NCBI RefSeq assembly: GCF_051903065.1
Contig: NZ_CP178438.1
DNA length: 64,000 nucleotides
Reading direction: 5' to 3' (one strand)
DNA from: Escherichia coli
Lineage (GTDB): Bacteria; Pseudomonadota; Gammaproteobacteria; Enterobacterales; Enterobacteriaceae
Part shown: positions 20,255-31,157 of the stretch, piece by piece
Numbering within the stretch: position 1 is the stretch's first letter
Layout of the letters: the number at the start of each line of letters is the position of its first letter
The notes under the pieces: generated by a model
What the model was told of the DNA's origin: nothing
Databases searched by the model: none
What the model saw: only the letters and a program-made list of their open reading frames with translations
Made by a program: the position numbers and the translations under genes

Positions 20255-20372
20255 GGGAGGGAACCTTTCCGTGGCAAATAAGTGGTCTGGTTTTAATCCT
20301 CCCGGTCAGTTGAAACAAGTCTGTATACGGACGAAGATCCCGGCAGAACGTGGCTGCCGGGTATTCGATAAT

Positions 20373-21086
20373 TTACCCGCCTAAATACGCACTTCTCACT
20401 GCTTCGTTCGCCAGCAGCGCATCGCCGGTATCGGAGAGCACAACATGGCCGTTTTCCAGCACGTAGCCGCGATCCGCCAGCTTCAGCGCCTGGTTGGCGT
20501 TCTGCTCGACGAGGAAGATCGTCATCCCCTGCTCGCGCAGCTGCTCGATGGTGTCGAAAATTTGCTGGATGATAATCGGCGCAAGACCGAGCGATGGCTC
20601 ATCAAGCAACAACAAACGCGGGTTGCTCATCAGCGCGCGACCAATCGCCAGCATCTGCTGTTCACCGCCGGACATGGTGCCCGCCCGCTGAACACGACGC
20701 TCATGAAGACGTGGAAACAGCTCATACACCCACTTTATGCGCTCCTGAAACTGATCACGTTCGGCAAAAAAGCCGCCCATCGCCAGGTTCTCTTCCACCG
20801 TCATCCGCGAGAAGACGCGACGCCCTTCCGGGACAATCGCTACCGCTTCGCGCATGATTTTCGCCGTCTGCCAGTCGGTAATGTCTTTATCATCAAACAC
20901 AATTCGCCCGCTGGTGGCGCGCGGATCGCCGCATAACGTGCCGAGCAAGGTGGTTTTCCCCGCCCCGTTCGCGCCAATCAGCGTGACAATCTCGCCCTGA
21001 TTGATATGCAGGCTCACCTCATGCAGCGCCTGGATTTTGCCGTAGTGGGCGCTGACTTTGTCAAAGGACAACATGACTTTTTCCAT
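20373..21086 (-). CDS. livF: branched-chain amino acid ABC transporter ATP-binding protein
   Basis: ORF 20373..21098; 237-aa form from MEKVMLSFDKVSAHYGK...; Walker A GANGAGKTT. Confidence 0.92.
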   Translation of the reverse strand: MEKVMLSFDKVSAHYGKIQALHEVSLHINQGEIVTLIGANGAGKTTLLGTLCGDPRATSGRIVFDDKDITDWQTAKIMREAVAIVPEGRRVFSRMTVEENLAMGGFFAERDQFQERIKWVYELFPRLHERRVQRAGTMSGGEQQMLAIGRALMSNPRLLLLDEPSLGLAPIIIQQIFDTIEQLREQGMTIFLVEQNANQALKLADRGYVLENGHVVLSDTGDALLANEAVRSAYLGG

Positions 21087-21087
21087 C

Positions 21088-21855
21088 TTATGCCTCACCT
21101 AAATAGGCACGGATCACGTCCGGGTTATTACGGATTTGCTCCGGCGTACCGTTTGCCAGCGGCGTCCCCTGATTGACCACGTAAATTCGGTCCGAAATTC
21201 CCATCACCAGCTTCATATCGTGTTCAATCAACAAGATAGTGGTGTTGTGATGGTTACGCAGTTCGGCAATCAGCTCATCCAGCTCTTTCGTTTCTTTCGG
21301 GTTAAGACCTGCCGCAGGTTCGTCGAGCATTAAAATCTCCGGCTGTGTCACCATGCAGCGGGCGATCTCCAGACGGCGCTGGTCACCATAGGCCAGGTTA
21401 CTCGCCTGACGGTTGGCGTGTTCCAGCAAACCAATGCGCTCAAGCCAGGTGGCGGCGCGGTCGAGCGCTTCACTTTGGGCGCGACGGAAAGAAGGCGTTT
21501 TCAACAGGCCAGAGAACAGCCCGGTTTTCAGTTGCTGATGCTGTGCCACCAGCAGGTTTTCAATTACCGTCATTTCGCGGAACAGACGCACATGCTGGAA
21601 GGTACGCACCACGCCCATGCGGGCGATTTGCTGCCCCGGCAAACCCTCCAGATGCTGATCGCGCAGTAAAATAGTGCCGCCGGTGGGTTTGTAGAATCCG
21701 GTCAGGCAGTTGAAGACCGTCGTTTTTCCGGCACCGTTAGGGCCGATTAACGAGACGATCTCCTGCGGGTACAGTTCGAGATTGACGTTGTTCACCGCCA
21801 GCAGGCCGCCGAAGCGCATCATCAGGCCGTTAACAGATAATAATGGCTGACTCAT
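21088..21855 (-). CDS. livG: branched-chain amino acid ABC transporter ATP-binding protein
   Basis: 255 aa, Walker [10 protein letters not shown], signature motif. Confidence 0.92.
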   Translation of the reverse strand: MSQPLLSVNGLMMRFGGLLAVNNVNLELYPQEIVSLIGPNGAGKTTVFNCLTGFYKPTGGTILLRDQHLEGLPGQQIARMGVVRTFQHVRLFREMTVIENLLVAQHQQLKTGLFSGLLKTPSFRRAQSEALDRAATWLERIGLLEHANRQASNLAYGDQRRLEIARCMVTQPEILMLDEPAAGLNPKETKELDELIAELRNHHNTTILLIEHDMKLVMGISDRIYVVNQGTPLANGTPEQIRNNPDVIRAYLGEA

Positions 21856-23129
21856 GCCTGCTCTCCTTTCGCTGCGCCGTTTTTCAGCTTCAGTTGCGGG
21901 CGCGTCATGGGCAGCAAGCCCTGCGGACGCCAGATCATCATCAGCACCATCAAACCACCGAGCATTAACATGCTGTATTCGTTGAAATCACGCATCAACT
22001 CGCGCGATACCACCAGCAGAACAGACGCCAGAATCACTGCAAATTGCGAGCCCATACCGCCGAGCACCACTATCGCCAGTACAAAGGCTGATTCAGCAAA
22101 GGTGAAGGATTCCGGGCTGACAAAGCCCTGACGCGCAGCAAACAGCGTTCCGGCAAAACCGGCAAACGCGGCGCTGATGGTAAAGGCAGTCAGCTTGATA
22201 CGACGCGGGCTTAAGCCCAGCGAACGGCAGGCGATCTCGTCTTCACGCAACGCTTCCCACGCACGCCCCAGCGGCATCCGCAGCAGGCGGTTAATGACAA
22301 ACAGGCTTAGCACCACCAGCAGCAACGCCACCAGGTACAGGAAGATGACGCGATCGGAGGGATCGTATTTCAGGCCAAAGAAATTACTGAACGTGTCCCA
22401 GCCGCCTTCGCGGGCGGTACGGCTGAACTCGAGGCCGAAGAAAGTCGGTTTCGGGATCTGACTAATTCCGTTCGGGCCACCGGTGATTTCAGTGTTATTG
22501 AGCAGCAATATGCGCACAATTTCGCCGAAACCGAGGGTAACGATCGCCAGATAGTCGCCACGTAAACGCAACACCGGGAAGCCGAGCAGGAAGCCCGCCG
22601 CCGCTGCCATTAACCCGGCAATCGGCAAACAGGTCCAGAACCCCAGACCGTAATAGTGATTGAGCAGCGCAAAAGTGTAAGCGCCGATGGCGTAAAAGCC
22701 GCCGTACCCCAGCACCAGCAGGCCAGAAAGCCCTACAACCACGTTCAGCCCGAGTCCGAGGATAATGTAGATCATGGTCAGGGTGGCGATATCCACCGTC
22801 CCGCGTGAGACCATAAACGGCCACGCCACCGCAAGCACCAGCAGCGCCACGAGAAACAGCTTTTGCTTCACCGTGGAGCCATCAATCGCGGGCAGAATAA
22901 ACTTCGGTCCGGAAACGCTTTTCAGCCCTTTCTGGAAAGCAGGTCGCAAAATCTGGAAGAAAAAGACCACCGCCGTGCCGATAAACACCCACTGCCAACG
23001 GATGTCTGAAGCCGTGTCGACCACCAGTTTGGTGCCATCCAGCTCCAGTTGTACGCCCATAAAAACGCCTGCCAGGACAAAAAACATCGCGGCAGAGAGC
23101 AACGCCATTGCAATATGCATAGGTTTCAT
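21852..23129 (-). CDS. livM: branched-chain amino acid ABC transporter permease
   Basis: 425-aa polytopic membrane protein. Confidence 0.9.
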   Translation of the reverse strand: MKPMHIAMALLSAAMFFVLAGVFMGVQLELDGTKLVVDTASDIRWQWVFIGTAVVFFFQILRPAFQKGLKSVSGPKFILPAIDGSTVKQKLFLVALLVLAVAWPFMVSRGTVDIATLTMIYIILGLGLNVVVGLSGLLVLGYGGFYAIGAYTFALLNHYYGLGFWTCLPIAGLMAAAAGFLLGFPVLRLRGDYLAIVTLGFGEIVRILLLNNTEITGGPNGISQIPKPTFFGLEFSRTAREGGWDTFSNFFGLKYDPSDRVIFLYLVALLLVVLSLFVINRLLRMPLGRAWEALREDEIACRSLGLSPRRIKLTAFTISAAFAGFAGTLFAARQGFVSPESFTFAESAFVLAIVVLGGMGSQFAVILASVLLVVSRELMRDFNEYSMLMLGGLMVLMMIWRPQGLLPMTRPQLKLKNGAAKGEQA

Positions 23130-24052
23130 ACTTTCTCTACCTCCGGGCGACCCAGAATACCGGTCGGCATCACCAACAGCACCAGGATCAGCAGGGCGAA
23201 TGAGACCACATCTTTATATTCCGTACTCAGATAGGCAGAAGAGAGCGCCTCCGCAATCCCCAGGATCAGCCCGCCAATCATCGCTCCCGGAATGCTGCCA
23301 ATCCCACCGAGCACCGCCGCGGTAAAGGCTTTCATCCCGGCCATAAAGCCGATATAGGGGTTAATGACGCCGTAGAACTGACCGAGCAGTACGCCCGCCA
23401 CCGCCGCCATCGCTGCGCCAATTACAAAGGTCAGCGCAATCACCCGGTCGGTGTTAATGCCAAGCAGACTCGCCATTTTCAGATCTTCGGCGCAGGCACG
23501 ACACGCGCGCCCCATGCGGGAATAGCGAATGAAGATCGTCAGCGCCAGCATGGCGAGGAAAGTAACAATCCAGATCACCGCCTGCATGGTGGTAATAGAG
23601 GCAGAGAAGTTTTCGCTATGGCCCACCACCCACTGACCGTTAAACAGGCTGGGCAGCGCCACGTCGCGCGAACCTTCGGTCAGGCTGACGTAGTTTTGCA
23701 GGAAGATGGACATGCCGATTGCCGAGATGAGCGCAATAAGGCGCTTAGAGTTACGCACCGGGCGGTAAGCCACCCGTTCGATACTCCAGCCGTAGGCGCT
23801 GGCAATGACTATCGCGCCGACGAATCCCGCCGCCACCAGCAGCCAGCCGGTATCAATGCCCATCATCATCAGCGCGGCGATGATCATAAATGAGACGTAG
23901 CTGCCAATCATGTAAACCTCGCCGTGGGCGAAGTTGATCATGCCGATAATGCCGTAAACCATGGTGTAGCCGATGGCTATCAGCGCGTAGGTACTGCCCA
24001 GCGTGACGCCGTTAAACATCTGCTGCAAGAAATACAAAAACTGCTCAGACAT
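23126..24052 (-). CDS. livH: branched-chain amino acid ABC transporter permease
   Basis: 308-aa membrane protein. Confidence 0.9.
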   Translation of the reverse strand: MSEQFLYFLQQMFNGVTLGSTYALIAIGYTMVYGIIGMINFAHGEVYMIGSYVSFMIIAALMMMGIDTGWLLVAAGFVGAIVIASAYGWSIERVAYRPVRNSKRLIALISAIGMSIFLQNYVSLTEGSRDVALPSLFNGQWVVGHSENFSASITTMQAVIWIVTFLAMLALTIFIRYSRMGRACRACAEDLKMASLLGINTDRVIALTFVIGAAMAAVAGVLLGQFYGVINPYIGFMAGMKAFTAAVLGGIGSIPGAMIGGLILGIAEALSSAYLSTEYKDVVSFALLILVLLVMPTGILGRPEVEKV

Positions 24053-24099
24053 AAGGTAACCTTTCTAAACCCGCCCGCATTTCACGGGCGGTGGGATGA

Positions 24100-25209
24100 T
24101 CACTTGGCTGCCGTGGATGAACCATCGGCGTGCCACTGGAAGACACCAAAATCAAATCCCTTAAGATCGCCTTTTTCATCCCAGTTCAGCGGCCCAATCA
24201 CGGTGTTTGCACCGTTTGCTTTTAAATCTTTCACCAGCGCCAGCGGCTCATCGCTGCCGGTACGTTCAAGGGCAGTTGCCAGAGATTGCACCGCCGCGTA
24301 AGTGATCCAGACATAAGGCCCGGACGGATCTTTCTTGTCTGCTTTCAGCGCATCAACGATGCCCTGGTTTGCCGGATCCTGGTCATAGCGTTTTGGCATA
24401 GTGACCAACATGCCTTCGGCGGCATCACCGGCAATGTTCGACAACGACGCATTACCCACACCTTCCGGCCCCATAAACTGGGTTTTCAGGCCAACGGAAC
24501 GGGCCTGGCGCAGCATCTGCCCCATTTCCGGGTAGTAACCGCCGTAGTAAACGAAGTCGATGTTTTCTTTTTTCAGGCGGGCGATCAACGCAGAGAAATC
24601 TTTCTCCCCGGCGGTAATACCGTCGAAGAAAACAACATTGGCGTTAGCCGCTTTCAGCCCGTCCTGCACCGAACGTGCCAGCCCTTCGCCATACTGTTGT
24701 TTGTCGTGAATGATGGCGATGCGCTGGGGCTTCACCGTCTCAAGAATGTATTTTGCCGCTGTAGGCCCCTGGGAAGAGTCCAGCCCGGCAGTACGCATGA
24801 TGTGTTGATAACCGCGTTGGGTCAGCTCCGGGTTGGTCGCTCCCGGCGAGATCATCAGAATACCTTCGTCTTCATAGATATCTGATGCAGGTTGAGTAGA
24901 AGAAGAACACAGATGACCAATAACGTATTTAATGCCGTCGTTAACGATTTTGTTGGCGACCGCAACGGCTTGTTTCGGGTCGCAGGCGTCGTCATATTCC
25001 ACGCCAACCAGCTTATCGCCTTTAATCCCCCCTTTGGCATTAATGTCTTTAATCGCCTGACGCGCGCCGTTAAATTCCATATCGCCCCACTGGGCAATCG
25101 GGCCGGACATCGCGCCGACAACGGCGACTTTAATATCGTCAGCCATAGCGGTGTGTGATATTGCCAGTGCAATCATCCCTGCGATGATAGTTTTCGCATT
25201 CCGTTTCAT
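24100..25209 (-). CDS. livK: leucine-specific periplasmic binding protein
   Basis: ORF 24100..25263; 369-aa form from [23 protein letters not shown] (signal peptide); paralog of livJ in this window. Confidence 0.9.
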
Positions 25210-25632
25210 AGTCAAAAATCCCCATTCGTGATGTTGTGTTGCTTTGTTCTTATGTGTTAACAAATCAGACTGTTCTTTTTTTATACTGCACTGTTTTTGC
25301 CTGTTTGATTAAGGGTTTAGCGCAGTATTTTGTGATAATAGCGATTAAAATCCCTATTTTTCAGTCGATTAAGAACAGATAATATTCTGAATTTATTGAT
25401 AGATAAACAGAAAAAGGTGCCTTTGTCAGCATAAAATAACGGCACAAAGGGCGGAATAATTCACTACCATTCAGGGGATTATGCTGGACATTTTTCATTC
25501 TCTAATGTTTTAACTTTGTAATTATTGCTGTTAAAAAATTAATCACCTGCCAAAAGAAATAAAAAAGAGAAAGCCTCCGATTAAATTATTTCGCTACACT
25601 GGTTCCACTTTTGTGATTTACACGGGTTACCC

Positions 25633-26016
25633 ATGAAGCTGACCATCATTCGATTAGAAAAATTTAGCGACCAGGACCGGATTGACCTGCAAAAGATCTG
25701 GCCGGAGTATTCCCCTTCCTCGTTACAGGTTGACGATAACCACCGTATCTACGCCGCGCGTTTTAACGAGCGCCTGCTCGCTGCCGTACGGGTAACCTTA
25801 AGCGGCACAGAGGGAGCACTGGATTCCCTGCGCGTGCGGGAAGTCACTCGACGTCGCGGTGTGGGGCAATATCTGCTGGAAGAGGTTTTGCGTAACAATC
25901 CTGGCGTTTCATGCTGGTGGATGGCGGATGCAGGCGTGGAAGATCGCGGTGTGATGACGGCGTTTATGCAGGCGCTGGGGTTTACGGCACAACAGGGCGG
26001 CTGGGAGAAGCGTTAA
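25633..26016 (+). CDS. panM: PanD maturation/regulatory factor (GNAT-like)
   Basis: 127 aa MKLTIIRLEKFSDQDRIDLQKIWPEY...; between livK and livJ as in E. coli. Confidence 0.85.
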   Translation: MKLTIIRLEKFSDQDRIDLQKIWPEYSPSSLQVDDNHRIYAARFNERLLAAVRVTLSGTEGALDSLRVREVTRRRGVGQYLLEEVLRNNPGVSCWWMADAGVEDRGVMTAFMQALGFTAQQGGWEKR

Positions 26017-26540
26017 TCGCTCTGTGTAAAAAGCAGTTCAATGGATTTGGTTGGGAAAAATAACGCATTTTTGTTTTCCCCGACTAAAGGGATAAAGCCC
26101 AGCGATTTATAAAACGTATGGGCTTTTTCATTCAGCGCCTCGACAAAAAGACCGTGAATACCTACCGCTAAAGAGGCTGACCAGACGACTTTCATGGCAT
26201 GAGCAACCAGTGTTGCTCCCCATCCCTGCCCCTGTATTGAATGATCAATTGCCAGACGCCCAAGAGTGACGCTGGGAATATTTTTGTAGGGAATTTTTTT
26301 CTGTTTCGATTTCGAGGGCAATGCGGCTCGTTCAAAACAACTGCCGCATAATGTGTAATATCCCAGCACCTGACGTTCTGGAGTGTTGCGACAAAGGATA
26401 TACGCTCGCAGAATTTTGTTGCGATGTTGACGAACGAGATGTGTCGTCAGAAAGAGATTTAACGCTTCCTCGCCGCAGTCGAATCGCTGTAGATCATAAT
26501 CTGCATCATCGGTCAGAATCTCTATCGTCAGATCATCCAT
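26013..26540 (-). CDS. GNAT-family acetyltransferase toxin of a type II TA pair (AtaT/KacT/TacT family)
   Basis: 175 aa; GNAT acetyl-CoA motif (QGQGWGATLVAHAM); immediately downstream of a DUF1778 antitoxin with a 7-nt gap. Confidence 0.8.
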   Translation of the reverse strand: MDDLTIEILTDDADYDLQRFDCGEEALNLFLTTHLVRQHRNKILRAYILCRNTPERQVLGYYTLCGSCFERAALPSKSKQKKIPYKNIPSVTLGRLAIDHSIQGQGWGATLVAHAMKVVWSASLAVGIHGLFVEALNEKAHTFYKSLGFIPLVGENKNALFFPTKSIELLFTQSD

Positions 26541-26546
26541 AAATTA

Positions 26547-26813
26547 TTACATTCCCTGAAGACGTTTTACCGCACGTTTTAGCTTTTCACCTGGTGACGG
26601 TGGATTACTCAGCGCATCCATCACCCGCGTCCAGGATTCCTCATTGAGGATCACCCGCCGATGCTGTTCAATCACTTCCGCAGCCCGCTGCGAAGCGCTG
26701 TTCAACATAAATTGGCTGACGGACTGATTAGATATCGCTGCCGCTTCCTCAATCATACTTTTGTCATCGTCAGTTAAACGCAGATCGATACGCTGCTTTT
26801 TAACAGCAGACAT
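26547..26813 (-). CDS. DUF1778 (RHH-like) antitoxin (AtaR/KacA/TacA family)
   Basis: 88 aa MSAVKKQRIDLRLTDDDKSMIEEAAAISNQSVSQFMLNSA...; strong SD AGGAGA upstream. Confidence 0.8.
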   Translation of the reverse strand: MSAVKKQRIDLRLTDDDKSMIEEAAAISNQSVSQFMLNSASQRAAEVIEQHRRVILNEESWTRVMDALSNPPSPGEKLKRAVKRLQGM

Positions 26814-26828
26814 GTGAACTCTCCTGCT

Positions 26829-26859
26829 CCGTATAATATGTACGGCACATCACCGTACA
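26829..26859 (-). promoter_or_regulatory. putative TA operator/promoter (overlapping palindromes)
   Basis: ccgtataatatgtacgg and tgtacggcacatcaccgtaca inverted repeats directly upstream of the antitoxin start; typical autoregulatory TA operator layout. Confidence 0.5.
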
Positions 26860-26910
26860 ATAAGCATATCCTGGATTGTTTAATCTTTCTACAACCATTT
26901 CGACAAACAT

Positions 26911-26942
26911 AAAAAAACCCGATGGACGTTAAGCGCATCGGG
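26911..26942 (-). terminator. rho-independent terminator of livJ
   Basis: Minus-strand CCCGATG-cgcttaacgtc-CATCGGG followed by TTTTTTT, 20 nt downstream of livJ stop. Confidence 0.8.
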
Positions 26943-26962
26943 CATTTTCATTTATCTATCCG

Positions 26963-28066
26963 TTACTTCGCATCGGTCGCCGTGCCGTTGGCGTGCCAGT
27001 CAAATACGCCGAACTCAAAGCCTTTCAGATCGCCTTTCTCATCCCACGTCAGCGGCCCCATCACGGTATCAACCGAGTTCGCTTTCAGGTATTTGGCGAT
27101 TTCAGCCGGATCGTCAGACTGATTCAGGCCCGCCTGCAAAGATTGCAGCGCGGCGTAGGTGGTCCAAACGAATGCGCCGCTTGGGTCCTGTTTTTTCGCT
27201 TTGATGGCGTCAACAATGGGTTTGTTCGCCGGAACCTGATCGTAGTTCTTCGGCTTGGTCACCAGCAGCCCTTCCGCTGATTCGCCCGCAATGTTAGACA
27301 GCGAAACGTTAGCCACACCTTCCGGCCCCATAAACTGAGTTTTCAGCCCTGCCGCGCGTGCCTGACGCAGGATTTGCCCCATTTCCGGGTGATAACCGCC
27401 GTAGTAAACGAAGTCGATATTCTCTTTTTTCAGACGCGCCACCAGCGTTGAGAAATCTTTTTCCCCGGCGGTGATACCATCAAAGAACACCACGTTAGCA
27501 TTGCCTTTCTTCAGGCCGTCCTGCACCGCTCGCGCCAGACCTTCGCCGTATTGCTGTTTGTCGTGAACGATAGCAATACGCTGCGGTTTCACTTTCTCAA
27601 GAATATATTTCGCCGCCGTCGGCCCCTGGTCGGAGTCCAGGCCGGTGGTGCGCAGGATCAGCTGATAGCCACGGGCGGTCAGCTCCGGCGCGGTTGCCGC
27701 TGGGGTGATCATTAAAATGCCTTCGTCTTCGTAGATGTCAGACGCAGGCTGCGTTGATGAAGAACAGAGGTGACCAATCACATATTTAATGCCGTCGTTA
27801 ACGACTTTGTTCGCCACCGCAACCGCCTGTTTCGGGTCACAGGCATCGTCATATTTTACGATTTGCAGTTTGTTGCCTTTAATGCCGCCTTTAGCGTTGA
27901 TATCCGCAACCGCCTGCTCTGCGCCGGTAAACTCCTGGTCACCGTACTGCGCAACCGGACCGGACATTGCGCCCACGACCGCGACTTTAATATCTTCTGC
28001 CAGAGCCATATTGCTGAATGTCAGCGCGATACATCCTGCCAGTAACGCTTTACCCTTTATGTTCAT
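26963..28066 (-). CDS. livJ: Leu/Ile/Val periplasmic binding protein
   Basis: ORF 26963..28123; 367-aa form from [23 protein letters not shown] (signal peptide). Confidence 0.92.
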   Translation of the reverse strand: MNIKGKALLAGCIALTFSNMALAEDIKVAVVGAMSGPVAQYGDQEFTGAEQAVADINAKGGIKGNKLQIVKYDDACDPKQAVAVANKVVNDGIKYVIGHLCSSSTQPASDIYEDEGILMITPAATAPELTARGYQLILRTTGLDSDQGPTAAKYILEKVKPQRIAIVHDKQQYGEGLARAVQDGLKKGNANVVFFDGITAGEKDFSTLVARLKKENIDFVYYGGYHPEMGQILRQARAAGLKTQFMGPEGVANVSLSNIAGESAEGLLVTKPKNYDQVPANKPIVDAIKAKKQDPSGAFVWTTYAALQSLQAGLNQSDDPAEIAKYLKANSVDTVMGPLTWDEKGDLKGFEFGVFDWHANGTATDAK

Positions 28067-28336
28067 CCTGAGAATCCCCATTCTTCTGGTTATTACGTGT
28101 GTTGTGATGTTGTTGTTCAGCACTTTATTTCGTTTTATGCATGACTACCCGTGCTTTAGCAGCATACTCTGCTAAAACATACCCGATTTTTATGATATTG
28201 GAATAGCTATTTTGACAGTTTATTAACAATCTGCGTGGGGATTGGCGTTTTGCCGGAGGGGAAATTGATTATTGTAGAGGCCCAAAAAACAAAAACCCCG
28301 GACTCGCATCCAGGGTTCTCTGCTTAATAGCGGAAA

Positions 28337-29191
28337 TTACGCTTCTATAGCAGCGCGCAGTTTTTTCATCGCATTCTTTTCCAGCTGGCGCACACGCTCA
28401 GCGGAAACACCGTAACGGTCAGCCAGTTCCTGCAACGTGGACTTGTTGTCTTCGTCCAGCCAGCGCGCACGGATGATGTCCTGGCTGCGTTCGTCCAGAC
28501 CCTGCATCGCGTCGGTCAGACGGTTTGCTGCCTGCTCTTCCCAGTTATCATCTTCAATGCCGTCGGCAAAGTTAGATGATTTATCCTGCAGATAGAGCAC
28601 CGGTGCCATCGGTTGGCTGTCGGAATCGTCGTCGGAAGACAGGTCAAAGGTCATGTCCTGTGCCGCCATACGTGATTCCATCTCACGTACGTCTTTGCTG
28701 GTTACGCCCAGTTCACGGGCCACCATTTCGACTTCATCCTGGTTAAACCAGCCCAAACGCTGCTTGGTTTTACGCAGGTTGAAGAACAGTTTGCGCTGCG
28801 CTTTGGTGGTCGCAACTTTGACGATACGCCAGTTACGCAGAACGTATTCGTGGATCTCTGCTTTGATCCAGTGAACGGCGAAGGAGACCAGGCGCACACC
28901 CACTTCCGGGTTAAAACGGCGCACTGCTTTCATCAGGCCGATGTTACCTTCCTGAATCAAATCCGCCTGTGGCAGGCCATAGCCCGCATAATTACGAGCA
29001 ATATGAACAACAAACCGCAGGTGAGACAGGATCAGCGTTTTAGCTGCTTCCAGATCGCCATGGTAATGCAGCTTTTCAGCCAGCGCCCGCTCCTCGTCAG
29101 CCGACAACATCGGCCACGCGTTAGCTGCCCGGATGTAGGAATCCAGGTTGCCAACTGGGGCTAAAGCTAAACTTTGCATTTTGTCAGTCAT
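28337..29191 (-). CDS. rpoH: RNA polymerase sigma-32 (heat-shock sigma factor)
   Basis: 284 aa [51 protein letters not shown]...; sigma-70 family regions 2 and 4. Confidence 0.95.
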   Translation of the reverse strand: MTDKMQSLALAPVGNLDSYIRAANAWPMLSADEERALAEKLHYHGDLEAAKTLILSHLRFVVHIARNYAGYGLPQADLIQEGNIGLMKAVRRFNPEVGVRLVSFAVHWIKAEIHEYVLRNWRIVKVATTKAQRKLFFNLRKTKQRLGWFNQDEVEMVARELGVTSKDVREMESRMAAQDMTFDLSSDDDSDSQPMAPVLYLQDKSSNFADGIEDDNWEEQAANRLTDAMQGLDERSQDIIRARWLDEDNKSTLQELADRYGVSAERVRQLEKNAMKKLRAAIEA

Positions 29192-29282
29192 TCAAATCCT
29201 CTCAATCGATATCTTCTGGCGCTTCAGTGGTAGCAACAACTGTGCCAGAGCTTAAGAGCAACGAGGTTATCATTCACTGTTT

Positions 29283-29313
29283 TATCAGACCGTGATTTTA
29301 TCCACAAGTTCAA
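29283..29313 (-). promoter_or_regulatory. rpoH P3 promoter (sigma-E dependent)
   Basis: Minus-strand tGAACTTgtggataaaatcacggTCTGAtaaaa, matching the sigma-E -35 GAACTT / -10 TCTGA arrangement known for rpoH P3. Confidence 0.7.
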
Positions 29314-29435
29314 TGCAAGCTTGTGAATAAATTACGCACAAAATGTGACATAGAGATGAAATACCGGGAAGAGACAACGGGGTCTCTTTCCCTGCTACGG
29401 AACCCATTGCAGGGAAAGAGTATAACACGCTTTTA

Positions 29436-30494
29436 TTATTCAGGCGTAAAGTGGCGTAAATGTTGTACCGTGGCAAGCCACGCTGCCACCCAGCCAATCA
29501 TCGAGCATACCAGCAGCAATAGCAGGCATTCATCGAACGATAAGCCATTGATATCAAACTTCGTTCCGAAAACCTGTGCCACTTCCGCAACCGCCGATGA
29601 CAATCGCAGTACCAGAATTTCTGACAAAATTAATGACAACAATGCGCCAGAAAATCCCAGCAGTGCGCCACCGTACAGGAACGGGCGCAGGATGAAACCA
29701 TCCGTCGCACCAATCAGTTTCTGCACGTTGATGGAGTCACGGCGAGCAAAGATGCTCAAACGTACACTGTTACCGATGACGAGGAACACTGCCGCCACCA
29801 TCAACACGCCGATCATCGCCGAAACGCGCCCGACCAGCCCGGTCAACGCCGCCAGACGGGCAAACCAGCTGTCATCCATCCGCACTTCGTCAATGCCGTT
29901 AATCTGCGTGATACGATCACGCAGCGTATTGAGTGATTCCGTCCCCTGAAAATCGAGTTTCGGGATCACCACCGCCACTGCCGGAAGCGGGTTTTCTTCC
30001 AGCATATCCAGCGCACCACCAAAACCAGACCAGTTACGGAACTCGCCCAGTGCGTCTTCACGAGAAAGATAGTTCACTTTCTCCACGCCTTGCTCGGCCT
30101 GCAACTGTGCCACCACGCCCGCAGCAGCGTCATCGTCCAGCGTTTTTTGCAGATAAACAGTGATTTGCGGTGACGGATAATACTGCGTCGCCGCCTGGTT
30201 AACGTTTTTGTACACCATATAACAGACGCTGGGCAGCGTCAGAGAGATGGCGATAACCATCACCGTTAAAAACGTGGCGAACGGTTTGCTTTTCAGATCC
30301 TGCAATGCGCCGTGGAAGGCATAGCGCACCTGTTCGTTGAAAACGTTGGTTTTGCGATTTACCGGTTTTGGCGAGGATTTCGCGCGTTTCGGTGCGTTAC
30401 GACCGCCGTCGCCTGAGCCGCCGACCGATTTACGGAAGCGATCAAGACGCCCGCCAAACTGCCGAATATGATTGATTGCATCGCGCTTATTCAT
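29436..30494 (-). CDS. ftsX: cell division ABC-transporter-like permease
   Basis: ORF 29436..30521; 352-aa form from [15 protein letters not shown]... Confidence 0.9.
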
Positions 30495-31155
30495 GGCCCA
30501 CGCCTCCATGCAAGTGACCATCGCTCAGGGTGAGCATGCGATAGGAACGCCGTGAAATCAGGTTGATGTCGTGCGTTGCCATCAATACGGTTACCCCAAC
30601 GCGGTTAAACTCTTCAAACAGACGTAGAATCCCTTCCGACAACGCGTCGTCCAGGTTACCAGTCGGTTCGTCCGCCAGCAGTACCGCGGGCTTATTCACC
30701 ACCGCGCGGGCAATGCCAACACGCTGTTGTTCACCGCCCGAAAGCTGAATAGGGAAGTTCTTCGCTTTGTCCAGTAGCCCGACTTTATCCAGTGCCGCCG
30801 ACACCCGGCGACGAATATCGTCACCGCTGGCACCAGCGATAATCAGCGGGATCGCCACGTTATCGTAGACAGTGCGGTCCATCAGTAGATGGTGATCCTG
30901 GAAAATCATGCCAATCTGGCGGCGCAGAAACGGAACTTCACGGTTTTTCAGACGCGTGATGTCATGGCCGCTAAACCAGATTTTCCCGGCGCTGGGCCGC
31001 TCAATCCCACAGATCAGCTTCAGGAGGGTACTTTTCCCTGCGCCGGAATGACCGGTCAGAAACGCCATCTCACCCGGCTGCATATGGAACGTAACGCCCT
31101 GCAGCGCCTGTCTCCCACCGAGATAAGCCTTGCTGACATGTTCAAAGCGAATCAT
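30487..31155 (-). CDS. ftsE: cell division ATP-binding protein
   Basis: 222 aa, Walker [18 protein letters not shown] signature. Confidence 0.93.
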
Positions 31156-31157
31156 TG

